Shown: positions 1-12,219 of the stretch, piece by piece
Numbering within the stretch: position 1 is the first letter of the stretch
How the letters are laid out: each line of letters opens with the position of its first letter
Source: Camelus ferus
Lineage: Eukaryota
DNA length: 64,000 nt
Direction: 5' to 3'
Assembly: GCF_009834535.1 (NCBI RefSeq)
Contig: NC_045696.1
Coordinates: 18,106,001 to 18,170,000 of the forward strand
Made by a program: the position numbers and the translations under genes
The notes under the pieces: model-generated
What the model was told of the DNA's origin: nothing
The model's database searches: none
The model's input: only the letters and a program-made list of their open reading frames with translations

Positions 1-115
1 AAAACACATATATATCTACGGAATAGAATTGAGAGCCCAGCAATTAACCCCCTCACATTTTCAATCAATTTACTTTAAACAAGACGCTAAGACAATTCAA
101 TGGGAAAAGAATGGT
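1..115 (+). mobile_element. Old L1 ORF2 fragment
   Basis: GGAATAGAATTGAGAGCCCAG...ACAATTCAATGGGAAAAGAAT resembles the L1 ORF2 WNRIESPE...IQWGK region. Confidence 0.7.
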
Positions 116-1120
116 ATGTGTAATCACCTGTATGTCTTCTTCAGAAAAAAATCTATTTAGGGCTTCTGTCTATGTTTTAATTGGGTTGTTTGGGTTTTGT
201 TTTTGGTTTTTTTTTTTTTTTTTTTTTAATTGAGTAGAATAAACTGTTTCTATATTTTGGATATTAACCTCTTGTTGGTCATAATATTTGCATATATTTT
301 CTCCCATTTAGTAGGTTGTCTTTCTGCTTTGTTGATAAAAATTATATTAGGCCCCATTTTTAAATTTTTGCTTTTATTTCCTTTGATATAAAAAACAGAT
401 AAAAAATATTGGTACAATTTATGTCAGAGTGTTCTGCCTATGTTTTCCTCTAGGAGTTTTACAGTGCCTGGTCTTCTATTTAGGTCTTTAATCCATTTTT
501 AGTTTATTATTGTATTATGGTGTTACTGTATGTTCTAATTTCATTCTTTCACATATGGCTGTCCAGTTTTCCCTGCACTTCTTATTGAAGAGACTGTCTT
601 TTCTCCATCGTTTATTCATGCTTCCTTTACCATAAATTAATTGACCATAATTGTGTGGGTTTATTTCTGGACTTTCTATCCTGTTCCATTGATCTATGTA
701 TCTGTTTTTGTGCCAGTATCATGCTGTTTTGATTACTGTAGCTTTGCAGTATAGCCTGAAGTTAGGGAGTGTGATTTCTCCAGCTCTACTCTTCTTTCTC
801 AAGATTATTTTGGCTATTTGAGGTCTTTTGCATTTCCACACAAATTTTAAAATTATTTTGTTCCACTTTAGTGAAAAATGAAATTGGTTATTTTATGGAA
901 ATTGCACTGAATCTGTATATTGCTTTGTGTAGTATGGCCATTTCAACAATATTGTTTGTCATATACAGCCTTTATTATGTTGAGGTATGTTTCATCTATG
1001 CCCACTTTCTGTACAGTTTTTATCATAAATAGATGTTAAAATTTATCAAAAGCTTTTTCTGCATCTATTGAGATGATCATATGGTTTTTATTCTTTAGTT
1101 TGTTAATGTGTTGCATCACT
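116..1120 (-). mobile_element. L1 ORF2 fragment, antisense, with internal deletions
   Basis: Typical antisense L1 text: CTGTTTTGATTACTGTAGCTTTG, TTCTGCATCTATTGAGATGATCATATGGTTTT. Confidence 0.85.
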
Positions 1121-1134
1121 TCATACAAAAGTAA

Positions 1135-1875
1135 TTCTTACCAAGAGTTCCCACAATTCTGCTCCTTGGTATTTATCTAAAGGAGGTGAAAAACTATGTC
1201 CATACAAAAACCTTCACATGGATGTTGTTATCAGCTTTATTTAAAATTGCCCAAACTTAGAAGCAGCCAAGAAGTCCTTTTACTAAATGAGTGGATAAAA
1301 AGTGGTACTTTCAGACAATGGAATATAAGTTTTCACTAAAAATAAATGAGCTCCCAAGCTATGAAAAGACATGGAGGAAAAGAGTAATGCCCGTTACTAA
1401 GTGAATATAGCCAATCTGAAAAGGCTGCATGCTGTATTATTCCAACTACATGTCATTCTTAAAAAGGGAAAACTATGGAGACATTGATCGGTGGTTGCCA
1501 GAAATTGAGAAAGAGGGAGGGATGAGTAAGCAGAGCACAGATTTTTAAGGTATTGAAAATACTGTGTTTGAAACAATAATGATGGCTACATGCCATCATA
1601 CATTTGTCCAAATCCATAGAATGTACAATACCAGCAGTGAATTCTAGCACAGACTGCAGATTTGGGGTGACTATGATGTATCAATGTGGATTCATCACTT
1701 TTAATGAAAGAACCAGTGTGGTAGGAAGTACTGATGGGAGAGGTTATGCATGTATGGGAGCAGGGGTATATGAGACTTCTCTGTACATTCTTCTGAATTT
1801 TATTTTAAATCTAAAACTACACTATTTAACTCTTTAAGAAAAACTGAAACAAAAAACACCGCAATAAAAAAAGGG
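1135..1875 (+). mobile_element. Old L1 (L1MB/L1MC-like) ORF2 end and 3' UTR with A-tail
   Basis: CTCCTTGGTATTTATC...TTACTAAGTGAA...CCAATCTGAAAAGGCTGCATGCTGT; ends AATAAAAAAA at ~1863-1872. Confidence 0.8.
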
Positions 1876-2379
1876 GAATGGCAATCTAATCACACAAGAA
1901 AAAAAAATTTCACAACCCAGATATACTTTAAAAATCAAACTGTAGAAACAAGGTTACTCCCATAATTTTAATCGGAGTGTAAATTAAAATAATTTTATAA
2001 AGAGAAATGTAACTATATGTATCAATGTGTTATTAGATATGAAAATCTGCCTTATAAATATATGCGTGTGTGTGTATATATACACTTTAGAAACTATCAA
2101 GTAATTATGGAGATGTATATGCGAGTGATTATATCAAGGGTCTTATAAACTACTTCTGCAAGCTGGGGATATAATTAATAAGAAATTAGAATATTATTTC
2201 TGCAGAATAGCATTTTCACTGTCTCAATTTCCAACAAACTGAACAAGATCATAAAAGATCAGCTCTTTTTAATAACTGAAAATTAAAGACCTTATAATGT
2301 TGTGGTAATGTGCTTTAGTTAACTCAATTGTGACTTACCCTTTTTGTCTATAATGTAGAGTCACCCTGTGTCTCTCACA

Positions 2380-2620
2380 ATGGTGAGCACTATGCATGGC
2401 CTACAGGGATCTATGTGTTATGGACTCTGTAATTCTCTCAGCTTCACATTATCTGATCCTCCACCTCATTCTCAAACCTGTCATTCTTGCCTGTCCTAAA
2501 TTCCTCTTACATTATAATCTTTTTCCAGATTCTGGGACGTGACATTGCTGTTTCCTTTGCTTAGAAAATTACTTATTTTCTTTTTTCTCTGGCTAAATCT
2601 TCTTTATCATCTAAAAATGT
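2380..2620 (+). mobile_element. Degenerate L2 fragment
   Basis: Pyrimidine-rich L2-like text (GGCCTACAGGGATCTATGTG...CATTGCTGTTTCCTTTGCTTAGAA). Confidence 0.4.
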
Positions 2621-3452
2621 TCAAATGTTCAAGCATAATAAATGATTATAGTAGCTTCTCCTAATGGGAAGACATATTTAATTAGTTATTAAAATCTCCA
2701 GTACTTGAAATACTCATTATGTATTCAAATATAATTGGATAATAAAAGGCATTTGTTTCACATTATATATTTATAGCAGTTAGAGTTCAACTCTTAATGT
2801 CAAGGACCACAGAAACTGCATATGCATAACTTGAAAATAATTTAATACAGAAGAAATTGATAGTATGATGGCTTGCAAAACAGTCTAGTCAGCCTTTCTT
2901 GGAAAGCTAAAGAAATGACTGCACTATTTGGAGCTAGTCAGTATTGCATTTGAGTCTAATATCTCCCAAAATATCTACATGAACTTTGAAATTTACATAA
3001 TGTCACTGAGTCATTATCCTCACCTATTAAAAGAGACTATTAGCTTCCTGCTCTGAGACATCTTTAACTAGTACAGAGTGTCTCCTTTAGTGTGTATGGT
3101 GGGTAAGGGTAGAGGAGATTAGCCTATCTAACTTTTACCTATAATTAAATACATTTATATACTTTCCCTGCTTTATTACTTTCATTATACAAGCTTCTTT
3201 AAATCCCATTAACTTTTAAAAATTCTTAACTGTATTTCATTAATACTATATAATTTTTTTATTCTTTAAGAAATGTAATCTCAGATTCCAGTAATTTATC
3301 ACAAATTATAAAACCTGTCTTTAGAGTTTGAGGCAAAGTCTAATTAATGATTTCTCTTTGAATCCTTGGGTAAAGGTGTCCAAGGAGGTTCGGACATATA
3401 GTTTCCCTCGGATCTAGGTTTAGAGATTACAGCTTTCAGGTGGTTTATCTAT

Positions 3453-4170
3453 TGTATTAGCTTTTTAGGACTGTATACTGTAGGCGCTCAAGGCCTGGTG
3501 GGTTCATGAATTTGGGCAGACCAGGGAACACTCTCTGAGCCATAGGTATCTCCAATATGCCTTTATTGCGGAGGGGTACACAGGCCTCAATGGCAATGGA
3601 AAGTCCCAGCCACCTTACGTATCAAGGCAAAGAGAGCCAGCATCTAGCCTACGACAGGAGCTAACTAGTACACTTGTGTGGTGCAAGTCATGCTTATACA
3701 ATACTGCATGGGGGCCGCGCATGCGGGATAACACAGCTGAGTCCCTGGGCTCTGGGTGTCTGGAGAGGGAGACTGAGAGACTCCATTTTCCCCACAGACT
3801 GCCTCAACAAAGTACCACACACTGGGTGGCTTATACAACCCAGTTCTGGAGCCTGGAAGACTGACATCAAGATGTTGCTAGGCTGGTTCCTTCTGAGGAC
3901 TGTGAGGGAGAATCTGTTCCAAGCCTCTATCCTAATTTCTGGTAGCTTCAGGCAATTCCTTGGTTTGTAGATATTATTCCCCCTGTGTCTTTATATCACC
4001 TTCCCTCTGTCTGTGTCTGTCTCTGTCTCTGCGTGTTCTCTTCTTGAGGATGCCAGTCATATTGGATTAGCGCCCAAAAACCTCATCTTGATTCGATTAT
4101 TTTCAAAGACTGTATTTCCAAATAAGGTCACATTTGCAGGTATTGAGTGTTAGGACTTCGTCATCTTTTC
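3453..4170 (-). mobile_element. MaLR MLT1 LTR, interrupted by a younger solo LTR at 3474-3796
   Basis: TGTATTAGCTTTTTAGGACTG | CCTCAACAAAGTACCACACACTGGGTGGCTTA...ATTTCCAAATAAGGTCACATT is the reverse complement of an MLT1 LTR. Confidence 0.85.
3474..3796 (-). mobile_element. Young ERV solo LTR (~320 bp) with 5-bp TSD GACTG
   Basis: Minus strand starts TGTGGGGAAAATGG; TATAAG at 3698-3693; AATAAA at 3567-3562; GACTG at 3469-3473 and 3797-3801; CpGs retained. Confidence 0.75.
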
Positions 4171-4689
4171 AGACAATATAATACTAATCACAATAGCTAT
4201 CTACACAAAAATTTTACTTGATAATTTTTCCTGTTTCTGAAAAAAATGATTTTAAAAATTATAGTAACCTAGGATTTGCTGTTTAAATGAAAATGCCAGT
4301 TATGTAGTTATATACTCTAAAGTGATAGGCGGTGCTAAAATGATGATTCAAGAAATTAAGTCTAATTTCACTTGCTTAAAATGTGGTTAGGATCCAGGAT
4401 TTAATTCTTTGAAAACCAGTATGTCATAATCATAGATGACAGGGTTTTGTTTTTTCAAATTTATAATTTGAAAAAAAAAGTTGCCCATTAAGAAGAGTCT
4501 CAAAATGTTTTATTGTATTGAAATCACGTAAAGTTGTATTCTGCAACTGGTTACCACTGAGGAGCATGAATCAGAAAAGCACATCCATAAAACTAAAGAA
4601 GTGCTGAAAACATCTGCTACTTACTATCAGAGAACACAAGTAACTGAAACTTGGAGCAACAACATTGTGGGGAGAAGATAAACAAATTG

Positions 4690-5460
4690 CAGGGGGCCAG
4701 AAATATACCACTTTTATGCTGGGGATTTTTTGTTTTTGTAATCTCATGATAAGGCATAAAGGACTAGCAGAAACTGAGAAATCTAAGTTTTAGATATTGT
4801 TATGAGGAAGGCAAAATTTTGTTTTCAGAAGTAATAAGGTATTCAGGATGTGAGAAACAGAAATCTTGGAGAAAAATGACCTAGAGAAGTGATCCCAGAA
4901 TTCTGAGTGCTTTCTATTGTAGATCACTGGTAAATCTTAAAAAGCATGGGGGCAAGAGGCCAAGAAAATCAAAGAGAAATTTCTAAGTGACTAAAAAAGC
5001 TAAGGTATTTCAATAGTCTTATGTTGCAGGAGGACAAAACTGGACTGCAGCATGAGGAGAGAGGACAGCAATAAACACCGCATTCATTCAGCAGAGACCA
5101 CCAGGTAGAGATACGCCTTACAACAACAGGCTCAAAATATCTAGGTTACTTACTGAGACATGGTAATACACCCTTACTCTATTGGCAGGGAGCAAGTGAA
5201 CTCTTCTTTTAAGGAAAATAAAACTATCCAGAGCTGTTTAAATTTTTCATGTAGAGTGTCAACATGTAATAAAATATCTCTGTTATTAACATGAGACAAA
5301 AACAGACTGAAAATCAAGGGAAACTGACAAATGAAACTGACCTACAGGTGATCCAGATAATAAGTCATCAGGCATAGAATAAAAAAAAAATCAATTAGTA
5401 TATATGAACATATTCAAAACAACAGCATGATTTGGAATTGTACCAGAGAAACTTAAATTT
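4690..5460 (+). mobile_element. Very old L1 5'/ORF1-region remnants
   Basis: A-rich text such as GAAACTGACCTACAGGTGATCCAGATAAT...GGAATTGTACCAGAGAA typical of L1M ORF1. Confidence 0.4.
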
Positions 5461-8151
5461 TCATCTGCTACCCGACCATTTTAGGTGATTCTTGCTATTA
5501 GACCAGCAGAGAACAGGAATTAGCATATTGACAGGAATAACTTGCCCTAATCACTACATGTAGGTGAGTCAGCTTTTATGTAACAGGGCAGAGAGAAATA
5601 GATTGCAGCTCACTGAAGCAACTCATGCCTTTCCCATGACAAGTATTATCAGTAAATAAACAAGTACAACAAATAAAGTCTAATGAAAATATGACAAACA
5701 GGATACCAGATATGAAGTTCTGAGTCCAACCAAGATGGCAAGCCAATTTTGATCAGCATAAACATTAACTGAATGGGAGGTGTAGCTACAGTGGATAGTG
5801 GAAAATGGGGATTTTTGATGATCAATTATGGTCTCAGTAAGTGAGGACCAATTACAGCAAAAGGACCAAAATTTGTCACATTAACCCTCCCCTTATAATT
5901 TTTCCAGAAATTATAATTAAATGGAATATTTGGTGAGGCTGAGCCTACATGAAGTAAAAAAGTTGGGAGGAGCAACAGAATCTGTGTCATGCAAGGACTG
6001 GACTGTGCTGGATGCAACCATTCACCAGAGCTCCCTTTAACAATTGGCATAGCCATTTTCCAATTTAAGTCATTGTTGGATAATTAAATTTGCAGCTGTC
6101 TCCTTCTTCATAAAATTCCTAGAACATTTTCCTCTGTGGTGAGGTGTGTACTCCTCAGCTTCCTTGTGATAACAGTCTGAAGTTAGTCTCAGCTGAGATC
6201 ACATTCTTCCTTAAATTAGTTACTCTGGCCTTATTCTGAAACAATTCCCCTCACAAAATATATATGCTAGAAGATCTGACATTAAAAAAAAAAATCACTC
6301 CAGGATAACCTTGACCCAAAATTCTGACAAGGACTTTACATAAGAGAATATAATAGGCCAACGTCTCTTAAGAATATAGGTAAAAAATATATTCTAAACA
6401 GAAGTCATTGTTAATTGTTTCCTGGAACTTGTAAAATCAACTGTATAAGAATCTGCACTAACATATACAAGTATAATGATTCTTACTAATGAAGAAAAAT
6501 AGGTTAGTAGAAACAGAAAAATGTAATCAAGAAAACTGATTTCTATGTGTGTATTTTGTGTGATATAAGTAAACATTTTTTTGAAACTTCAATTATTTCC
6601 AACTTAATGGATAACTGATCATACTCTATGGTGAGTGTATCATAGGAAAAGCAGTATTAATTGATCCTGTCTCTCAAGATATAAATTTATAATATTGTAA
6701 ATTATACTACAAATTAAGGGCTTTGTGTGACAAAACACTTAACCATAAATCAAGTAATAATTTACTGATTTTTTTTTCAAAGTGTGGCAAGCAGTTGTTT
6801 TCTGCAGTAAACATGGTAACTGATTTTAGGGGCCTTTTGAGTATAGAGCCCCATCTCATTTTATTACTGTGATAAAATGTCAGCAAAAATGTATGCATTC
6901 TTTAATAGCCTCTAGAGAAAGTGAACTTAAAACAGAAAATAACAACCTTGATGATAAAAACCTTCTGTTTCTGTATTTGGGGTACAATCCTAAGTATTTG
7001 CTGAGGAGACATTTTTTATTGAGTATTCTAATGTTTACGAGTAACTGTTATTTTATCTATTGTCACCAATCGGTGTTCCCTGTAAGGCTAACTTGGTATG
7101 TCACACAAGAGTTTAACCTGTGATTTACAGTAATATTTTTAAGAGCAAGACTTGGTTAAATGAAACACATTCTTAGCTTCTTACTTTTGACAGGGTAACT
7201 ACAAAGCTGTGCACAGGCAGAAGTGTCCTGCGGATAAAAAATAATTTTAAAAAGAAATTTTGAAAAGCTCTAAGTTTACTGATGTGAGAACTAAAACCTA
7301 ATGGGCATTTCAAAAATAAAACAAATTGATATTATTACAATGTTAATATATCCTCTAGTGAAGATTTAGATGAAGATATGTTGATTATTTTATAGCCACC
7401 TCTAAAATGTGAATTCTCAATTATAGAGATTGAAGTTCTACAACTAAATAAACACAGGAGTTGTGAATTTTTGATCAGGACATATCAGTGTTGATTATTT
7501 GTCTCTATGATGTAGATTTAATTTAACTTACAGATAGCACTCTCTTCATAATGAATTAGTTTACTATAATTTTGAACTTCCTTATCAGTAATTAATTTTG
7601 AACAGAAAATTATCAACTGAGACATGAGGAAATCCAGTAGTACAGATGAAATATATTTTTTTAAAAAAAGAAAGGTTATGTTTAGAGGAAACATAAACCA
7701 GAGGGAAAAATGTTCTCAGAGTCAAGAAGGCTTTGCATGTACCAATAGGAAACAGAGAAGTACTATAAAAACAACAAACATTTGATAATTACAATATGGT
7801 TTCCATAAACAAACAAACAAACAAATAGATGGATGGTTGAGAATATCATTCTAAATGCTAAACATATTAAACAGGAGAAAACAGAGATAGAAAATAAAAA
7901 GGATTAATCCAGAAAGCTTCCATGTCTAAAGAATTAAAATTATTTTGAACGGTTTCAGTCAAAAGAAGTTTGCATTCCTAAAATGAAACTGGACATAGTT
8001 TATCAACAATTTTTGCTTTAGCTTTTTTTTAATATTGTGTGTCTGTTTTTGGTTTTAGGTGGAATTTTTAAAAGCTTATATGATTTTAAAGTACTTTTTA
8101 AAGTTATGTGTGTTATAATGTAAGCTTTCAAAATTCGTTATTTTCCTTGTT

Positions 8152-8600
8152 ATCATTTACCTATTGCTGTGTAATATAGTTCACTCCAAATTTAGTAGCT
8201 TAAAACAAGAACCAAATTCTTGGTCCATGATTTTGCCAGCCAGCAATTAAGATGGAACATAGCTGGCTGGTTCTTCAGATCTCAGCATAATTCAGCAGAA
8301 CTCTGTATGGCTGATACCAACTGTAGGTCAGCTAAGGGACTCTACATTTGAATATTGGCTGGGCCATATTAGTTTTGCTCCATGTCTCAAACCACCAAGT
8401 GTGTTTACATACTGGTACAATTCTGAGCAAGACTGGAAGAACGCTGCATTCCACTGACCAAAGCAGGTCACAAGTCCAATTTACATTAAAAGAATAGTAA
8501 ACTAGAGTAAAATCCTAAAAGAAGAAGCTTAAAGCAGCCTCGCAAGTGGAGGGGATAAAGGGAGGAATGAAGAACTGTGGCCATTTTTACAATATTATCT
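8152..8600 (-). mobile_element. Old MaLR MLT1 LTR
   Basis: CTATTGCTGTGTAA...CCAAATTTAGTAGCTTAAAACAA...CATTCCACTGACCAAAGCAGGTCACAAG. Confidence 0.6.
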
Positions 8601-10099
8601 TCTGCAATTAAAATTTCATTTTTATCATTTTATTGCATTTAAAAACATTTAGCTGATAGCCTTATAAAAGTAGGAAAGGATCAAATTATCTGATTTTATT
8701 CTCTACTTTGGAGACTATCCTCTTCAAATTGAACTAAATATTATCTTATTTTCTTTCACAAAAACATAGGCTTGGTGTATATGTTTATGTGCATCTAGAT
8801 GGATGCTTCATATCCATATAACTTCATAGCTATAATTACTAGTGATGTAATGCACAGTGACACAACCACTTAGCCCCTAGAATCTGAGGCCCATTATTCT
8901 TTATAAATATCTACCAAGTTTTTGACACTGTTTCCAAGTGAATTTTATAACCATATATAGCCTAAATTGTTAATCCTTATCAATTTTTATGAAACAATGC
9001 AATTTAATTCATTTAATTTCTAAAATGAATCAAAATTAGAAGTAATATTTAAATTTAATATTAAAATTAATTTTTAAAAGAAATGGGATTGGTTAACAGT
9101 CAAAGGTCAATTCACATCCAGAAAGACAAGTTCAATTACTTTGACATTCGTGACCCATAACAAAAGGCATAGTCCCTCAATTCTCTGCCGAGTTGCAAAA
9201 TTATGCTAAATAAATTAAATTGGTTTTGATCGAGTTTTAGTTCATTCAGTTTGGCTGAATGAACCTACTCTTACATAGACATGATCTTCATCATAGAAAT
9301 ATTATTTTTCTCCTTTCTATTAAGAAACAAATAATGATAAAAATATTACATTCATAGATGGTTAAAATTAATAAGAAGGACAATGTTAAATTTCATTTGA
9401 TTATGTGAATTAAATCACTAATATTATTTTTCCACTTTCCAAATACTCACTTCACATACATAAGCTCTGAAGCAAAGTATATGAAACTTCTAGATTAAAG
9501 AAAATCCAATCTAAGTAATGAAAGAACATTAACTCTTAAATTTTAATTGGGCTATAAAAGTAATCATCCCATTCTATAAAAGTCATCATCCCTATTACAA
9601 GCACACATTAATATCCCATATATAGTTAATTATGTCCACTCTCCTTCAGCACTGTAATTTTGAAAATGAAACACAAATTGAAACAAAAATTGCATTAGGT
9701 GTATAAGATTATATAGTCAACATTTCCTATTTTATTTAATCACCACCAACACGCATCTAATAAAATTTATTTGCTCCACATTGCTAATAAATGTCATAAA
9801 TAATTCCTCTCTAACTGCTGAACCAAGATGTTCACTTACGTAATGAAATTAAGAAGCCCCTTAAAATAAAACATTGAAAAAATTATGATACTAAAACAAG
9901 TAAAGAGGGTAATGATTTTAAATGTTTTACCATTAATTGTAAATCAGAGTTTTCCTCTGGTTGTCTCCCACATTTTTAAAGAACATATAGTTTGCACAGT
10001 AGGCAAGAGGAGGAAGAAACTGGACTATACCATATTGTCCAGACCAGAAGTCCCTTTTAATTCCTTTCTGAAGTTTCAGGTACTTTTCTACGTCACCTT

Positions 10100-11980
10100 A
10101 CTGTTTTGAGAACTTTCTTTAACTATTACTTAAGATTATATTTACTAGCAGCACATTCTGTTTGTTTTCCTTTGTCTGGGAATATCTTTACTTTCCTTTA
10201 CTTCCTGAAGATACATTGGCCAGATGTAGAAGCTGGAGTTGGCAATTCTTTTCCTCTAACACTTGAAAATTGTTCTGCCATTTTCCTCTGGTTTTCATGA
10301 TTTCAGATGAGAAATCCCTTGTTATTTAATATAGTTGTTCCATTTAAAGTAATGTGTCATGTTCTCTAGCTCTTTCCACATTGTTTATTTGTCTTAATTT
10401 TCAGAATTATGATTATGATATATTTTGTTGTGGATTTCTTTGGATCTTCTATTTTGCTCAATCCCTTGAACCTGTAGGTTTATATCTTTCATCGAATTTG
10501 GAATGTTTTCTGCCATTATGCCTTTGAGAAAAATTTTTTAATTCTACTCTCTCCTCTTCCTCTAGGTCTCCATGATACAAATGTGAGTTCTTTTGTTTTT
10601 GTCCCACCAGTCCCTGAGGCTGTTATTTCTGTTTTCTCTCTACTGTTCAGATTAAGTAAATCCTACTGATCTGTCCTCAAATTCACTTGTTTCTACCTTC
10701 TGTCATCTCCACTCTACTATTGACTCCATCCAGGAAGTTTGTTTTTGTTGTACTTTTCAGTTTCATCATTCCTATTTAGTACTCTTTTACACAGATTTCT
10801 TTGTTAAGGTTGTTTTTTCATTTGTTTTAAGAGAATTTTTAATTGCTTGTTGAAACTTTTTTATTATGGTTGTTTTAAAATATCTGATACATAATTCCAT
10901 CATCAAATTATCTCCCTGTTGGTTTCTGCTGATTTTTTTTTCATTCAACTTGTGATTTTCCTGGGTCTTAGCATGAAGAGTACTTTTTATTTGTATCCTG
11001 GAAATATTATAAATTCTATTAAAAAAAACCAAAGTGGATCCTATGTTTTAAAGCTGGCAGTACCCCAGCTGACACATGGCACAACCTCATCATCGCTTGG
11101 GTGTTTATGCTCAACTTCCCATAATTGCTTGGGTGTTTATGTTTAACTTCTCACTGGGCTCCACCAACACCATCCAGTGGGGCAATGTGGGGCACTGACT
11201 CACACCATCATGTTGCCTCCCAGCTTGGAGAGCATGGTTACCTCTCCACTGGCCTTACAAACTTAAGGAAAAAAGGAGTCAGATGGCTGACACATATGGT
11301 GGAACTGTAGCTTATCTCCTCATGGTTCTTGCTGACATTGGGGGCTGACGAAGCAAAAGCAAACAATTACCACCGTGTGCCACCTTATTTTGTCTCTTTC
11401 ATAGCAGGTGGGTGGTAGGATTCCCCACTGGACGTCATTTCTCTGGAATGGGAGGCACTGAAGTGCCCAGGAGTCCTTACTCACACGGCCTCATTCAGTA
11501 TCACTGCTACTTTGTGGGTGTTGATGTTTAGCTACTCACTGGGCCCTACTGGCCCCAGGTGTCTGTGGAAAGCAGACTCTCATTGCCTTGTTCAGTCTCC
11601 TTGACACTAGGTGGTGATGGTAGAGGGGGTGAATTAAGAATGGTCATGAGCTCAACCTTGTACTGCCTTGTTAAGTTTCCTTGCTGCTGGGTAGGGATAG
11701 AAGTTCAGCTTGTCACCAGACCCCATGGACACTACCTTGGCTGGGAAACTGAAGTACCCGCTACTTCCCCAAGACTGGAAATAGTACACCAGCTTCTCTC
11801 TCACACCAACAGTTGAAGAATCAGAGTCCTACTTGCTTGCATGGTCAGGGGTAACAAGATCAACCCTCTGCTGGGTCCCCAACAAAACTACCAAGTAGGC
11901 ATTATGAGTGCTGTTGTCTGATTCTACCGAGCAAGGTGTAGGATCGGGTAGAAGACCAGCAACTTGGTTAATCACTTGGA
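10100..11980 (-). mobile_element. Old L1 ORF1 and 5' region, antisense
   Basis: GATTTCAGATGAGAAATCC, CTGATCTGTCCTCAAATTCACT, TATTGACTCCATCCAG; GC-richer 5'UTR-like part at 11050-11980. Confidence 0.6.
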
Positions 11981-11984
11981 ACCC

Positions 11985-12215
11985 AGAGATTATTTTAGAT
12001 TACACAGGTGGGTCTATTAGAATCACAGAAGGCCTTAAAAATAAGGAATTTTCCCTAGCTAAGGTGAGATAAATGCAGTAAAATGCAGTAAAAGAAGATG
12101 GAGAAGTCAGAAATATTCCATTCGAGAAAGGAATTTGATACATAAAATTACTGGCTCTGAAATATACGGGCATATATTTAAGGACCAGAGAGAAATGTTC
12201 AGGGATGTCACTGAA
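11985..12215 (+). mobile_element. MLT1 LTR fragment
   Basis: GAGATTATTTTAGATTACACAGGTGGGTC...AATCACAGAAGGCCTTAAAA. Confidence 0.5.
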
Positions 12216-12219
12216 GCTC

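Noticed and set aside
11095..11155. 32-bp tandem duplication (GCTTGGGTGTTTATG...), and similar two-copy repeats at ~9552-9592 and ~40908-40957
   Set aside because: Two-copy slippage duplications without spacers; not CRISPR-like or otherwise organised arrays
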